DNA from: Pseudomonadota bacterium
GTDB lineage: Bacteria > Pseudomonadota > Alphaproteobacteria > Rhodobacterales > Rhodobacteraceae
Direction of reading: 5' to 3'
Length of the DNA stretch: 64,000 bases
Assembly (NCBI GenBank): GCA_038747015.1
Contig: JBCDKE010000007.1
Span: 63-64,062 of the forward strand
Both the position numbers and the translations under genes were made by a program. The first letter of the stretch is position 1. Every line of letters begins with the position of its first letter. Shown one piece after another: positions 20,865 through 31,415 of this stretch. The notes below the pieces were generated by a model. That model was not told the DNA's origin, did not search any database, and saw only the letters and a list, made by a program, of their open reading frames with translations.

Positions 20865-22560
20865 CGGGATGCGTCACCGCCCCGCGATAGGTTTCACCGA
20901 CGAGTTGCGCATATTTCCAAAGGGCACCTGACGCGTAGATCGTGGGCTTTGCGCCCTTCCACGCCTCGCGACGCGCGGCGAACTCTTCTTCCGTCAGGTC
21001 GACTGAGATTTCACCCTTGATCGCATCGAGCGTGATGATGTCGCCGTCTTCGAGGAGCGCGATAGGCCCGCAATGCGCGGCCTCTGGGCCGACGTGCCCC
21101 ACGCAGAAGCCCCGCGTCGCGCCCGAGAAACGGCCATCGGTGATCAGTGCCACCTTCTTGCCCATGCCCTGACCGGACAGCGCCGCTGTCGTCGCAAGCA
21201 TCTCGCGCATGCCGGGGCCGCCAGAAGGGCCCTCGTTGCGGATCACCAGAACCTCGCCCTCTTTGTATTCCCGCTTCTTCACCGCCTCGAACGCATCCTC
21301 TTCGCATTCAAAGCAGCGCGCCGGACCGACAAAGCGCTGGTGCTGCGTGGACATGCCCGCAACCTTCACGATCGCCCCTTCGGGGGCCAGATTGCCCTTC
21401 AGGCCCACGACGCCGCCGGTCTTGGTCAGCGGGGTCTCGATCGGATAGATCACGCGACCATCGGCCTCGCGCTCCACGATGTCGAGCTCTTCGCCCATGG
21501 TGCGGCCCGTGGCAGTGATGCAGTCCTCGTGGATCAGCCCCTGCTTGCGCAGTTCCTTCATCACCACCGGTACACCGCCCACTTCGTACATATCCTTCGC
21601 CACGTACTGACCGCCCGGCTTCAGATCGACGAAGTACGGCGTGTCGCGGAAGATGTCGCAGACGTCTTCGAGGAAGAACTCGATGCCCGCCTCATGGGCA
21701 ATCGCCGGCAGGTGCAGCCCGGCATTGGTGGACCCACCAGTGCAGGCCACCACGCGCGCCGCGTTCTCGAGCGACTTGCGCGTGACCACGTCGCGGGCGC
21801 GGATATTCATTTCCAAGAGCTTCATGACCGCCTCGCCCGAGGCTTCGGCATACTGGTCACGGCTCTCATAGGCAGCAGGCGCCCCGGCAGAGTTGGGCAG
21901 CGCCAAACCAATCGCCTCGGACACACAGGCCATCGTGTTCGCCGTGAACTGACCGCCGCACGCGCCCGATGTCGGGCACGCAACGCGCTCGAGGACTTTC
22001 AGCTCAGCGTCCGAATAGTTGCCGGCCTGGTGCTGCCCCACGGCCTCGAACACGTCCTGAACGGTGACATCCTGGCCGTTCAACCGGCCCGGAAGGATCG
22101 ACCCGCCATAGATAAACACAGACGGCACATTCAGTCGCACCATGGCCATCATCATACCCGGCAGCGACTTGTCGCAGCCCGCAAGGCCCACGATGGCGTC
22201 ATAGCAGTGGCCGCGCATCGTCAGCTCGACGGTGTCGGCAATAGCTTCGCGCGAAGCGAGTGAGGACCGCATGCCCTCGTGGCCCATGGCGATACCATCG
22301 GTCACCGTGATGGTGGTGAACTCACGCGGTGTCCCCGACGCGGCCTTTACACCCAACTTCACGGACTGGGCCTGACGGTTCAGCGCGATGTTACAAGGCG
22401 CCGCCTCGTTCCAGCAGGTCGCCACACCGATCAGCGGCTGATAAATCTCTTCTTCGCTCAACCCCATGGCGTAGAGGTACGAACGGTGCGGCGCCCGGGC
22501 AGGCCCCACTGTCACATGCCGGGACGGCAGGTTGGTTTTATCGAAGGTCTTTTTGAGCAT
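20827..22560 (-). CDS. ilvD: Dihydroxy-acid dehydratase
   Basis: [46 protein letters not shown]. Confidence 0.96.
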   Translation of the reverse strand: MLKKTFDKTNLPSRHVTVGPARAPHRSYLYAMGLSEEEIYQPLIGVATCWNEAAPCNIALNRQAQSVKLGVKAASGTPREFTTITVTDGIAMGHEGMRSSLASREAIADTVELTMRGHCYDAIVGLAGCDKSLPGMMMAMVRLNVPSVFIYGGSILPGRLNGQDVTVQDVFEAVGQHQAGNYSDAELKVLERVACPTSGACGGQFTANTMACVSEAIGLALPNSAGAPAAYESRDQYAEASGEAVMKLLEMNIRARDVVTRKSLENAARVVACTGGSTNAGLHLPAIAHEAGIEFFLEDVCDIFRDTPYFVDLKPGGQYVAKDMYEVGGVPVVMKELRKQGLIHEDCITATGRTMGEELDIVEREADGRVIYPIETPLTKTGGVVGLKGNLAPEGAIVKVAGMSTQHQRFVGPARCFECEEDAFEAVKKREYKEGEVLVIRNEGPSGGPGMREMLATTAALSGQGMGKKVALITDGRFSGATRGFCVGHVGPEAAHCGPIALLEDGDIITLDAIKGEISVDLTEEEFAARREAWKGAKPTIYASGALWKYAQLVGETYRGAVTHPGGAEEKHMYSDL

Positions 22561-22703
22561 CTGGGCCTCTCGAACAGCCTGGCGCTAAGCTGGGTGAACT
22601 AGTCCGCGCGGGATAAAGGGCCAAGGGCCGAAGGGCAAGCGCGCGCTCGCAATTCCGGCGAATGCCGTTGCGCCCGGTTGTCGCGGGGCCTAGGTCTGCG
22701 TCC

Positions 22704-23585
22704 ATGACCTATCCCGGCTTCGCCGATTTCACTGCGCCAGCGCGACCCACTTCCGAACTCTGGCGGACGCTCTCGGGTATTCTCTTGGTAACGGTGATTT
22801 ATGCAGGAGGTGCCGCAGGGATAATTGCTGCCGGTACCTTCGCTCTGCAAGTCTCGGGCATCGGCACGGCTGGCGATGTTCTCACTGGGCGCACACCTCC
22901 GGCGCTGTTGCTGGTGCTATTCCACTTTATAGCCATGGCGGCCGCGGCTATCGTCGTGACGCGCTTGCTGCATCAGCGCGGCGGCTGGACGTTGCTTGGC
23001 GACCGAAACCGGCTGTGGGCCGATTTTAGGCGCATGGCGCTGATCGCAGTAGTAGTTGGGGTCGTTGGTGCGGCCGTCTTTGCGGCCATCATGGACATCG
23101 CATGGAAGCTGCCCTTTAGCACATGGCTACTCTACCTGCCCTTCGCCTTGCCCCTGATCCTGCTCCAGACCGGGGCCGAAGAGCTCGTTTTTCGCGGCTA
23201 CCTGCTCCAGCAGTTCGGGGCGCGCTTCGGCGTTGCGGCGCGTGCGGCTTGGATGATCATTCCCTCGCTGATCTTTGCGGCGGCCCACACTGACCCGGCA
23301 AGCCAAGGGGGCAACTGGTGGGCTGTCGTTGCCATTACATTCGCCTTTGCCATGGTAGCCTCGGACATCACCGCACGGACTGGGTCGCTGGGCGCTGCCT
23401 GGGGCCTTCACTTTATCAACAACTGTCAGGCGATTTTGATTTTCTCCCTCGCTGGGCCACTCTCGGGCCTCAGCTTGGGTAGCGTCGGTATTCCGGCCTC
23501 GGCACCCGCTGCACTGCCACTGATCGGCATTGATGCGGTGGCACTGGCCCTAATCTACCTTATCTGGCGGCGGCGTTATGGCTGA
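22704..23585 (+). CDS. CPBP (CAAX/Abi) intramembrane metalloprotease
   Basis: EELVFRG, FAAAH, HFINN; multiple TM segments. Confidence 0.88.
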   Translation: MTYPGFADFTAPARPTSELWRTLSGILLVTVIYAGGAAGIIAAGTFALQVSGIGTAGDVLTGRTPPALLLVLFHFIAMAAAAIVVTRLLHQRGGWTLLGDRNRLWADFRRMALIAVVVGVVGAAVFAAIMDIAWKLPFSTWLLYLPFALPLILLQTGAEELVFRGYLLQQFGARFGVAARAAWMIIPSLIFAAAHTDPASQGGNWWAVVAITFAFAMVASDITARTGSLGAAWGLHFINNCQAILIFSLAGPLSGLSLGSVGIPASAPAALPLIGIDAVALALIYLIWRRRYG

Positions 23586-24447
23586 TCCCTACGCGGCCCA
23601 TGACCGCTTTGTCGCGCCGGCGGGTGATGGCGGTCCCCCGCGCCGACTGGTCTTCGCGGCCATCGTCATCGATATCGGCTGGTTTGCCCTTGTCGCGCTT
23701 GCCTTTTCGGTCCTCCCGCTCAGCGCCGCCGAAGGCACCACCCGGGCCGGGCTGCTCTTTGGCCTGCTCTTCTTTGCGGTCCTCATGGTTCTCACGGGCT
23801 TTGTCTCGCGAAGGCTCCACAACCGGCGCTTCCTGTCGCTCTTCGGCGATTTTGACCGCCTCCTGCCCGACATGGTGCGGGTGGCGGGTGCCTGCCTTGC
23901 CCTCGCAATCCTGCTGATCTTCCTGTCCGGCTGGGACCTCAGAGGTATCGAAACCCGCCCGCTCGCCGCGTGGCTGGCCTTCCTGCCCTTTGTGGTCCTC
24001 GCTCTGCTCGTCCAGTGCCTCGCCGAAGAAGTTCTCTATCGCGGCTATCTCCAACAAACCTGCGCGGCGTTGTTTAAATCCCGCGCGCTCTGGCTCCTTG
24101 TGCCGTCGGTGTGGTTCGGGTTGGCCCACTACGATCCTGCTTCGCCTGGCGCCGAAGCGTGGGCCTATGTGCTCTGGGCGTCCTTCTTTGGGCTCGCCTG
24201 CGCGGACCTCACTGCGCGAACGGGTTCAATCGGCGCCGCCTTGGGCTTGCATCTTACAAATAACATCATGGCACTCTGTGTCACCGCCGAGGTCGGCGGG
24301 CAGTGGTCCGCTGCCGCGCTCTTTCTGACGCCGGCAGGCCCAGAAGGCGTAGCAGCCGACCCAGCCGTCGTCTGGATCGGCACCGGCTACGAGCTGATAA
24401 TCCTCGCCATCACCTGGCTGGCCGCCCGAAACGCCATCGCACGCTGA
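23578..24447 (+). CDS. CPBP (CAAX/Abi) intramembrane metalloprotease, tandem paralog
   Basis: EEVLYRG, FGLAH, HLTNN. Confidence 0.88.
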   Translation: MADPYAAHDRFVAPAGDGGPPRRLVFAAIVIDIGWFALVALAFSVLPLSAAEGTTRAGLLFGLLFFAVLMVLTGFVSRRLHNRRFLSLFGDFDRLLPDMVRVAGACLALAILLIFLSGWDLRGIETRPLAAWLAFLPFVVLALLVQCLAEEVLYRGYLQQTCAALFKSRALWLLVPSVWFGLAHYDPASPGAEAWAYVLWASFFGLACADLTARTGSIGAALGLHLTNNIMALCVTAEVGGQWSAAALFLTPAGPEGVAADPAVVWIGTGYELIILAITWLAARNAIAR

Positions 24448-24502
24448 TTGCGTTTCGTCGCGACCCACCCTATCTGGGTCCCGTCAGGACAGGTGGACCG
24501 CA

Positions 24503-25447
24503 ATGAACTGGATCTCGAACTACGTTCGTCCCACGATTAACTCGCTGTTTTCGCGCCGCGAGGTGCCCGAGAACCTTTGGACCAAGTGCCCCGAATGCGG
24601 TCAGATGCTGTTCCACCGGGAACTCGCCGACAACCTCTACGTCTGCCCTCACTGTGGGCACCACATGGCGATCGGCCCCCGCGCGCGCTTCACGTCGCTC
24701 TTTGACGGCGGTATCTTCACAGAAATCGATGTGCCCGTGCCAGTGGCCGACCCGCTCAACTTCCGCGACCAAAAGAAGTACCCGGACCGCCTGAAGACAG
24801 CCCAGAAGTCCACCCGGGAAAAAGAAGCGATGCTCGTGGTCCAAGGTGAAATGGGCCGTACGCCCATCGTCGCCGCCGCGCAGGACTTTTCCTTCATGGG
24901 TGGCTCCATGGGTATGTATGTCGGAAATGCGATCATCGCCGCCGCCGAACGCGCCGTGGAACTCAAACGCCCGCTGATCCTGTTCTCCGCCGCTGGTGGC
25001 GCGCGGATGCAAGAAGGCATTCTCAGCCTCATGCAAATGCCCCGCACCACCGTCGCCGTGCAGATGCTCAAGGAGGCGGGCCTGCCCTACATCGTGGTGC
25101 TCACCCACCCGACGACAGGCGGCGTGACCGCCTCCTACGCGATGCTGGGCGACGTCCAGATCGCCGAACCCAACGCGCTGATCTGCTTTGCAGGCCCACG
25201 CGTTATCGAACAGACGATCCGCGAGACCCTGCCTGAGGGGTTCCAGCGCGCTGAATATCTGCTCGACCACGGGATGCTTGACCGCGTGACCCCGCGCGGC
25301 GAGATGCGTGATGAACTGATCCAGATCGTGCGGATGCTCACCGGCGAAACCCCGGCCGTCAAAGGCGACCTGCCCGCCCCGGCGCCAATCCAGTCCGCCA
25401 AGGAAGAAGCAGACGCCGAAGCGGCAAGCGAGGACGCCAAGGCGTGA
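24503..25447 (+). CDS. accD: Acetyl-CoA carboxylase carboxyltransferase beta subunit
   Basis: Zn finger CPEC...[30 protein letters not shown]. Confidence 0.96.
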   Translation: MNWISNYVRPTINSLFSRREVPENLWTKCPECGQMLFHRELADNLYVCPHCGHHMAIGPRARFTSLFDGGIFTEIDVPVPVADPLNFRDQKKYPDRLKTAQKSTREKEAMLVVQGEMGRTPIVAAAQDFSFMGGSMGMYVGNAIIAAAERAVELKRPLILFSAAGGARMQEGILSLMQMPRTTVAVQMLKEAGLPYIVVLTHPTTGGVTASYAMLGDVQIAEPNALICFAGPRVIEQTIRETLPEGFQRAEYLLDHGMLDRVTPRGEMRDELIQIVRMLTGETPAVKGDLPAPAPIQSAKEEADAEAASEDAKA

Positions 25448-26718
25448 GCCACCAGACATCCGACGCCATCCTCGACCGGATGATGGCGCTGCACCCCAAG
25501 ATTATCGACCTCACGCTCGACCGCGTCTGGCGGCTGCTTGATCGGCTGGGCAACCCCCAGGATCAGCTACCGCCCGTGATCCATATCGCCGGGACCAACG
25601 GCAAGGGCTCGACCCAGGCGATGATCCGCGCCGGGCTAGAACAGGCGGGGCTCAGGGTCCACGCCTATACCTCGCCCCATCTGGTGCGCTTTCACGAACG
25701 TATCCGCCTCGCGGGTGATCTGATATCCGAAGAAGCGCTGACCGCAGTGCTCGACGAATGCTACGACGCCAATGGCGGCGAGCCGATCACCTATTTCGAA
25801 ATCACGACCGTGGCGGCAATTCTGGCCTTTGCCCGCACGCCCGCCGACGCGGTGCTGCTCGAGGTGGGCCTCGGCGGCAGGCTCGACGCCACCAATGTCA
25901 TCGCCCAGCCCCGGCTGACGATCGTCACGCCTGTGGATCTCGACCACCAGCAATTCCTCGGCGACACGCTCCCGGAGATCGCTGGCGAAAAGGCCGGGAT
26001 CATCAAACGCGGCGTGCCCTGCATCGTGGCCCGGCAACAGGAGGCCGCGCTCGATGTCATCGAGGCCACCGCCGAACGCGTAGGCGCACCGCTGATGACG
26101 CGCGGTCAGCACTGGCACGTCGCCGAAGAACACGGACGGCTGGTCTTTCAGGACGAAACCGGCCTTCTTGACCTGCCGCTCCCCAACCTGCCCGGACCGC
26201 ACCAGATCGAAAACGCGGGCACCGTGCTCGCAGCACTCCGCGCGCTGGGCCACGGCGAAGAGGCCTGTGAGGCCGCCATCACCCGCGCCGAATGGCCCGC
26301 GCGGATGCAGCGCCTGACCAGGGGCCCCATGATCGACGCCGCGCCCGGCTGCGAGTTCTGGCTGGATGGCGGGCACAACCCGGCGGCGGGCGCCTCCATC
26401 GCCGGAACGCTCGCACGGTACCCGGCGCGGCCGACCTACGTGATCTGTGGCATGCTCCAGACCAAGGACGTGACCGGCTTCATCGCCCAGATCGCTGCCC
26501 ACGCGACGGCCTTCTACGGGGTGACCATCCCTGGCGTGACCGCCACACTTTCGGGCGAGGAAACCCGTGACGCGGCGCTGTCCCTCGGCATCGACGCCTA
26601 TGCCGTGGCCTCGGCGCAGGAAGCGGTCGAAACCATCGCCCAACGCGACCCGAACGCCCGTATTCTGATCTGCGGCTCGCTCTATTTCGCCGGGAACGTC
26701 CTTCAGGATCACGGCTAG
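25444..26718 (+). CDS. folC: Folylpolyglutamate/dihydrofolate synthase
   Basis: [36 protein letters not shown]. Confidence 0.96.
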   Translation: MSHQTSDAILDRMMALHPKIIDLTLDRVWRLLDRLGNPQDQLPPVIHIAGTNGKGSTQAMIRAGLEQAGLRVHAYTSPHLVRFHERIRLAGDLISEEALTAVLDECYDANGGEPITYFEITTVAAILAFARTPADAVLLEVGLGGRLDATNVIAQPRLTIVTPVDLDHQQFLGDTLPEIAGEKAGIIKRGVPCIVARQQEAALDVIEATAERVGAPLMTRGQHWHVAEEHGRLVFQDETGLLDLPLPNLPGPHQIENAGTVLAALRALGHGEEACEAAITRAEWPARMQRLTRGPMIDAAPGCEFWLDGGHNPAAGASIAGTLARYPARPTYVICGMLQTKDVTGFIAQIAAHATAFYGVTIPGVTATLSGEETRDAALSLGIDAYAVASAQEAVETIAQRDPNARILICGSLYFAGNVLQDHG

Positions 26719-26762
26719 GGCCGCAAAAACCGGCCCATCGGCGCGCAATTCGTCAAAATTCA

Positions 26763-26825
26763 CGAATCAGCGGTGAGAAACGAATCACCGCCAGTTGACT
26801 TGATTCGCTGACACCCACTAGATTC
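26763..26825. promoter_or_regulatory. Cluster of four GANTC (CcrM) sites, three in TGATTCG context
   Basis: CGAATCA 26763, CGAATCA 26781, TGATTCG 26801, GATTC 26821. Confidence 0.55.
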
Positions 26826-26899
26826 TGTGCAGCAGTCTATGCGTGCCCTGCTCAAAGCTGGCTGCAACCAGATATGGCGCGCATAATGAGGATGAAGGC

Positions 26900-27448
26900 A
26901 TGTCAGTGTCAGGGCCGAAACAGGCCATGCCACCCGGGACGCACTCGAAAGGCCAGCGCCAACCGGCGCGGTACGCAGGCGGCGTGCTAGGGCTGGCGGC
27001 GACCTATCGAGCCGAACTCACCCTCTCAGCCTTTGCCCTCGCCACCGCCGGTCTGATCATGTTCCAGCCCGCAGCTCGGCAGACGGCCGAGGACCTCTTT
27101 GCTGCCGCCGACACGGAAATCGAAATGTCCGTGACGCGGGCCGCCAATTTGCCAATGACGATCACGGATCTTCCCGCAGACGCCGCGGTGCTCACCTCCC
27201 TGCGCCCCGTGCTGCGGCCAGATTCGGCGCTCGATGGTATTGCCCTGCGCGCCCGGCTCGCCACGGCCCCGATCCAGACAGTTCACACCGTACGCCTCGG
27301 CGACAGCCTCCCAGCGATCGCACTGCGATATTACGGCGACACCACCCAGGCTCACGTCATCTTTGAGGCAAACCGCCGCCATCTGGGCGACAGCGGTGAC
27401 CTCTCCATCGGGCAACTACTCCGGATCCCGGATCTGAATAACCTCTGA
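26900..27448 (+). CDS. Membrane-anchored LysM-domain protein
   Basis: TM segment, SLRPVLRP linker, C-terminal HTVRLGDSLPAIALRYYG...SIGQLLRIP; start uncertain (26843 or 26900). Confidence 0.8.
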   Translation: MSVSGPKQAMPPGTHSKGQRQPARYAGGVLGLAATYRAELTLSAFALATAGLIMFQPAARQTAEDLFAAADTEIEMSVTRAANLPMTITDLPADAAVLTSLRPVLRPDSALDGIALRARLATAPIQTVHTVRLGDSLPAIALRYYGDTTQAHVIFEANRRHLGDSGDLSIGQLLRIPDLNNL

Positions 27449-27473
27449 GGCAAGACACGACCCAGAGAGCAGA

Positions 27474-27512
27474 GGGCGGCACTGATACTCCCAAAAGGGG
27501 ACAGTGCCGCCC
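27474..27512. terminator. Long stem-loop after the LysM gene (terminator or REP-like)
   Basis: GGGCGGCACTG/CAGTGCCGCCC 11-bp arms. Confidence 0.5.
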
Positions 27513-27596
27513 GCCCCACCCCAGAACCGGACAAAGCGCCCCGCTTTTTTTCCCTGACCCATGGTCAATCGATCCCGCTAGCGCTAACCCGTCGCC

Positions 27597-28745
27597 ATGA
27601 AGATCACAAAGCTCACGACATACATCGTCCCGCCCCGTTGGTGTTTCCTCAAGATCGAAACCGATGAGGGGATTACAGGCTGGGGTGAACCCGTGCTCGA
27701 AGGCCGCGCGCTCGCCGTCGAGGCGATGGTGCACGAGCTCTCCGACTACCTCGTGGGCAAGGACCCGCTCCTGATCGAGGACCATTGGAACGTCATGTAT
27801 CGCGGTGGCTTCTACCGCGGCGGCGGCATCCACATGTCCGCCATCGCCGGCATCGACCAGGCGCTCTGGGACATCAAGGGCAAGGCGGCGGGCCTCCCGG
27901 TCCACGCGCTCCTCGGAGGCAAATGCCGCGACACGATCAAGGTCTATAGCTGGATCGGCGGCGACCGCCCGGCAGATGTGGCCCGAAACGCCAAGGACGT
28001 CATGGCGCGCGGCTTCCAGGCGATCAAACTCAACGGCTGCGAGGAAATGCAGATCGTCGATACCAATGCCAAGGTCGACGCAGCGGTGGCCACCATCGCC
28101 ACGATCCGCGACGCGGTGGGCTACGATCTCGGCATCGGTGTAGATTTCCACGGCCGGGTGCAGAAACCCATGGCGAAAACCCTCGCCAAGGAACTCGAAC
28201 CCTATCGCCTGATGTTCATCGAGGAACCGGTGCTCAGTGAAAACGCAGAGGCACTGCGGGACATCGTGAACCACGTGAACACGCCTATCGCGCTCGGCGA
28301 AAGGCTCTATTCCCGCTGGGATTTCAAACAGATCCTCGCCGACGGCTATGTCGACATCATCCAGCCGGATCTCAGCCACGCGGGCGGCATCACAGAATGC
28401 CGCAAAATCGCGTCCATGGCCGAAGCCTACGATGTCGCTCTCGCACCGCACTGCCCGCTGGGCCCCGTGGCGCTCGCCGCTTGCCTCCAGGTGGACGCTG
28501 TCAGCCACAACGCCTTCATTCAGGAACAGTCGCTCGGCATCCACTACAACAAATCCAACGACATCCTCGACTACCTCGTGAACAAGGACGTCTTCGCCTA
28601 CGAAGACGGCTTTGTGAAAATCCCGGATGGCCCCGGCCTCGGGGTGGAAATCGATGAGGACTACGTCAAGGAACGCGCCAAAGAGGGTCATCGCTGGCGC
28701 AATCCGATCTGGCGCCATCAGGACGGATCCGTCGCCGAGTGGTAG
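27597..28745 (+). CDS. dgoD: D-galactonate dehydratase
   Basis: [50 protein letters not shown]. Confidence 0.93.
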   Translation: MKITKLTTYIVPPRWCFLKIETDEGITGWGEPVLEGRALAVEAMVHELSDYLVGKDPLLIEDHWNVMYRGGFYRGGGIHMSAIAGIDQALWDIKGKAAGLPVHALLGGKCRDTIKVYSWIGGDRPADVARNAKDVMARGFQAIKLNGCEEMQIVDTNAKVDAAVATIATIRDAVGYDLGIGVDFHGRVQKPMAKTLAKELEPYRLMFIEEPVLSENAEALRDIVNHVNTPIALGERLYSRWDFKQILADGYVDIIQPDLSHAGGITECRKIASMAEAYDVALAPHCPLGPVALAACLQVDAVSHNAFIQEQSLGIHYNKSNDILDYLVNKDVFAYEDGFVKIPDGPGLGVEIDEDYVKERAKEGHRWRNPIWRHQDGSVAEW

Positions 28746-28802
28746 CTTGCACCTCCCCCCCGTCGCGTTAAGTTCTCGGATCAAAGCAGCGGGGGGCGGA
28801 AG

Positions 28803-29219
28803 ATGAAACTCGAATTCCATCACATCAATTTCGTGTCCGAAGACGTGGACCGGATGCACGATTTCTACACCCGCGTGCTGGGCCTGGATAACATGCCCAT
28901 AGAGGACTTTCCGCGTACGGAATCAGACGACACGCGCGGCTTCGACGGCAAAATCAAATTCGCCACCGATGGCGCCATGCAGATGCACCTCGCCCAGCGC
29001 GACTTCAAAGTGCATTTCAAAAACGGCCAAACCATCAACCCGATCGAAAAGGGTCACATCGCTTTCCGCACCGACGACCTCGCCGCCTTCCTAGCGATGC
29101 TCGACGCCGAGGGCGTTCCCTATTCGGATTACGGCACGGCCTTCTCCGCCGAATGGCATCAGGTGTTCTTTCAGGATCCCGAAGGCAATGTGATTGAGGT
29201 CCACCAACAGGTGGGCTGA
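28803..29219 (+). CDS. VOC/glyoxalase-family protein
   Basis: HHINF, GHIAF, FFQDPEGNVIE. Confidence 0.87.
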   Translation: MKLEFHHINFVSEDVDRMHDFYTRVLGLDNMPIEDFPRTESDDTRGFDGKIKFATDGAMQMHLAQRDFKVHFKNGQTINPIEKGHIAFRTDDLAAFLAMLDAEGVPYSDYGTAFSAEWHQVFFQDPEGNVIEVHQQVG

Positions 29220-29221
29220 CG

Positions 29222-29788
29222 CTACTCCGCGGCCAGCAATAGCGGCTCGGCGGCGGCCGCAAAGGCCGCTGCAAAGAGCGCAAAACACGCATTCGCCCCG
29301 GCAATGATCGCCTCGGCCTCGGGGCCTTCTTCCGGCATCTTTTCCAGCTCCGCCTGCACCTCGGCCCAGTAATCTCCCAACAGGGGATCACCCAGCAGAT
29401 GGTCCGCGTCATGGATCGACCTATCCGCTGACGCCGCATGCCGCCGCGCCAGAATGCGCCCGCCCATGGCCGACCCCGCAATCACGTAGCGATAGCCCGG
29501 CGCGCTCGCCACGGTCGGCGCCTCAAAGACCAGCCCGCGGTCCGGCATCGGCACGCCCAGCGTATCGAGGTCACGTTCGATCAGCGCCACGCGCCGCGCC
29601 ATATGGCCGTCGAATTCGAAATCAAATGGGATCAACGCCGCATGGGCCAGCGCATTGCCCGCCAGAAAAGCCGTCAGCCCCCCGCGGGTGGCGAGGTCCA
29701 GATCCGACACCTGGTAATCCAGCTCTTTATGGGTCTCGCGCGTCTCTTCGCGCAGCCGCCAACGCAGACCGTCTTTCTGCCGTGCCAT
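29222..29788 (-). CDS. Biliverdin-producing heme oxygenase-like protein (BphO-like)
   Basis: LREETRETH (proximal His), YVIAGSAMGG (heme oxygenase YVxEGSxxGG motif), GANACF. Confidence 0.7.
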   Translation of the reverse strand: MARQKDGLRWRLREETRETHKELDYQVSDLDLATRGGLTAFLAGNALAHAALIPFDFEFDGHMARRVALIERDLDTLGVPMPDRGLVFEAPTVASAPGYRYVIAGSAMGGRILARRHAASADRSIHDADHLLGDPLLGDYWAEVQAELEKMPEEGPEAEAIIAGANACFALFAAAFAAAAEPLLLAAE

Positions 29789-29809
29789 GCTCACCCCTTC
29801 ACACGATAG

Positions 29810-29827
29810 TGTAAACTCAGGCTGACA
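29810..29827. promoter_or_regulatory. PpsR/CrtJ-type operator TGTAAACTCAGGCTGACA
   Basis: Exact TGT-N12-ACA with TGTAA/TGACA arms, about 20 bp upstream of the heme oxygenase ATG. Confidence 0.6.
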
Positions 29828-29857
29828 CATCTGGACAAGATTCTCAATAAAAAGCGT

Positions 29858-30913
29858 CTAGCGCCCCCAGCCCTCGCTCTGCATTTCCCGCAGACGCGAT
29901 GCCGTGCGCTCAAATTCGAAAACGCCTTCGCCCTCGAGATAGAGCATCTCCGGCTCCGCCGCGGCGCTCGCGATCAACCGCACCTGCGCCTCATAGAGCG
30001 CGTCGATCAAGGTCACGAACCGCTTGGCCTCGTTGAAATTGAACCGGCCCAGCGCAGGGATATCCTCGAGGATCAGGACCTTCACCGCCTCGGCCACCGC
30101 CAGATAATCGGCTGCACCCAGGGGCTGACCGCAGAGCCCGTGAAAGCTCGCCCGCCCGACGCCATTGCGGAACGCGGGCAGGGTCACGACGCGGCCTTTG
30201 ACATGCAGATCCAGCGGCTCCTCTCCCCCGGCCAGATCGTCCCAGATCCCCTGAATAGCCGCCTGCGCCTCGGGCCCGTTCGGGGCGAAATAGACCTGCT
30301 CACCTTCCAGCCGATCCTGCCGATAGTCGGTATCCGACACCATTTCCCACACCACGAGCTGTTCCTTGATCAGCTCGATAAAGGGCAAGAAAAGCTGCCG
30401 GTTCAGCCCGTCCTTGTAGAGATCATCAGGCACCCGATTCGACGTGGTCACCACCGTGACCCCGGCCTCAAACAGCTTTTCAAAGAGCCGCCCCACGATC
30501 ATCGCATCGGTGATGTCGGTGATCTGCATTTCGTCAAAGGCCAGCACGCGCAGGTCCTTTGCCACATCGGCGGATACCGGGGTGATGGCATCCTCCATGC
30601 CCCGCTGACGGGCCGCGTGCAACGCCGCATGGATTTCCTGCATGAAGGCGTGGAAATGTACCCGCCGCACCGGCACGGTGAGCTCTTCGACAAAGAGGTC
30701 CATCACCATGGACTTCCCGCGACCGACCCCACCCCAAAGGTAAAGTCCGCGCACCGGCTCCGGCGCGGCCTTGCCGAACCAGCCCTTCTTCTTGACCGGG
30801 GCCGCCAGCGCCTCGGCCATGCGGTCGAACTCGGGCAATACCGCCCGCTGCGCCTCATCGGCGCGCAGCTCGCCCGCGGCCACGCGGCGCTCGTATTCTT
30901 CGCTAATCCTCAC
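29858..30913 (-). CDS. zapE: Cell division ATPase ZapE (AFG1 family)
   Basis: GLYLWGGVGRGKS, RRVHFHAFM, FDEMQITDITDAMI, FERTASRL. Confidence 0.93.
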   Translation of the reverse strand: MRISEEYERRVAAGELRADEAQRAVLPEFDRMAEALAAPVKKKGWFGKAAPEPVRGLYLWGGVGRGKSMVMDLFVEELTVPVRRVHFHAFMQEIHAALHAARQRGMEDAITPVSADVAKDLRVLAFDEMQITDITDAMIVGRLFEKLFEAGVTVVTTSNRVPDDLYKDGLNRQLFLPFIELIKEQLVVWEMVSDTDYRQDRLEGEQVYFAPNGPEAQAAIQGIWDDLAGGEEPLDLHVKGRVVTLPAFRNGVGRASFHGLCGQPLGAADYLAVAEAVKVLILEDIPALGRFNFNEAKRFVTLIDALYEAQVRLIASAAAEPEMLYLEGEGVFEFERTASRLREMQSEGWGR

Positions 30914-30953
30914 GCGAAACGCTTAGCGCGAGATTGCAGCAGCCTCAAACGCG

Positions 30954-31232
30954 TTAAGAGGCCTTCTCGCCCGTGAACGTGCCCGAGGCGAACACGCCGA
31001 ACTTCACCTTGCCGGACATCGCATCCCCGTCGATGTCGCCCTTGAACTTCAACGTCATGGGCATCGGTTTGTCGATCTTGGTCGACCAGCTCATCGCGTT
31101 GTCGCTGGCCTTGAGATCGGTGACCGGGCTGCTCCCGTTTTCGCCGGACATCACGACGGTATCTCCATCGATCTCCAGCTTCGCGCCGAAATCGCCGGTG
31201 GGGGCCGAAATGCGAATATTCCAAACTGTCAT
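30954..31232 (-). CDS. Small all-beta hypothetical protein (92 aa)
   Basis: GAAGGAG RBS; PMPMTLKFKG...SGKVKFGVF. Confidence 0.7.
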   Translation of the reverse strand: MTVWNIRISAPTGDFGAKLEIDGDTVVMSGENGSSPVTDLKASDNAMSWSTKIDKPMPMTLKFKGDIDGDAMSGKVKFGVFASGTFTGEKAS

Positions 31233-31415
31233 GACATGGCTCTCCTTCAGTCGCAGCCTCAGTGTCGGGCACCGCGCCCCGTGTCGACCCCTAACCCTGC
31301 GTTCCTTGTCACGAGTCATCCATGGGTCCGCACGACCGTCACATCACAAAAGCTTATCCCAGCATGCAAAATTGCTGAATTGACCAGACCCGCGAAACCA
31401 CGCACCACTGACCCA

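Noticed and set aside
22704-24447. Tandem CPBP ('Abi') genes as an anti-phage or bacteriocin-immunity system
   Set aside because: The CAAX-protease family name is misleading; the genes are embedded in the housekeeping accD-folC run and no bacteriocin is nearby.
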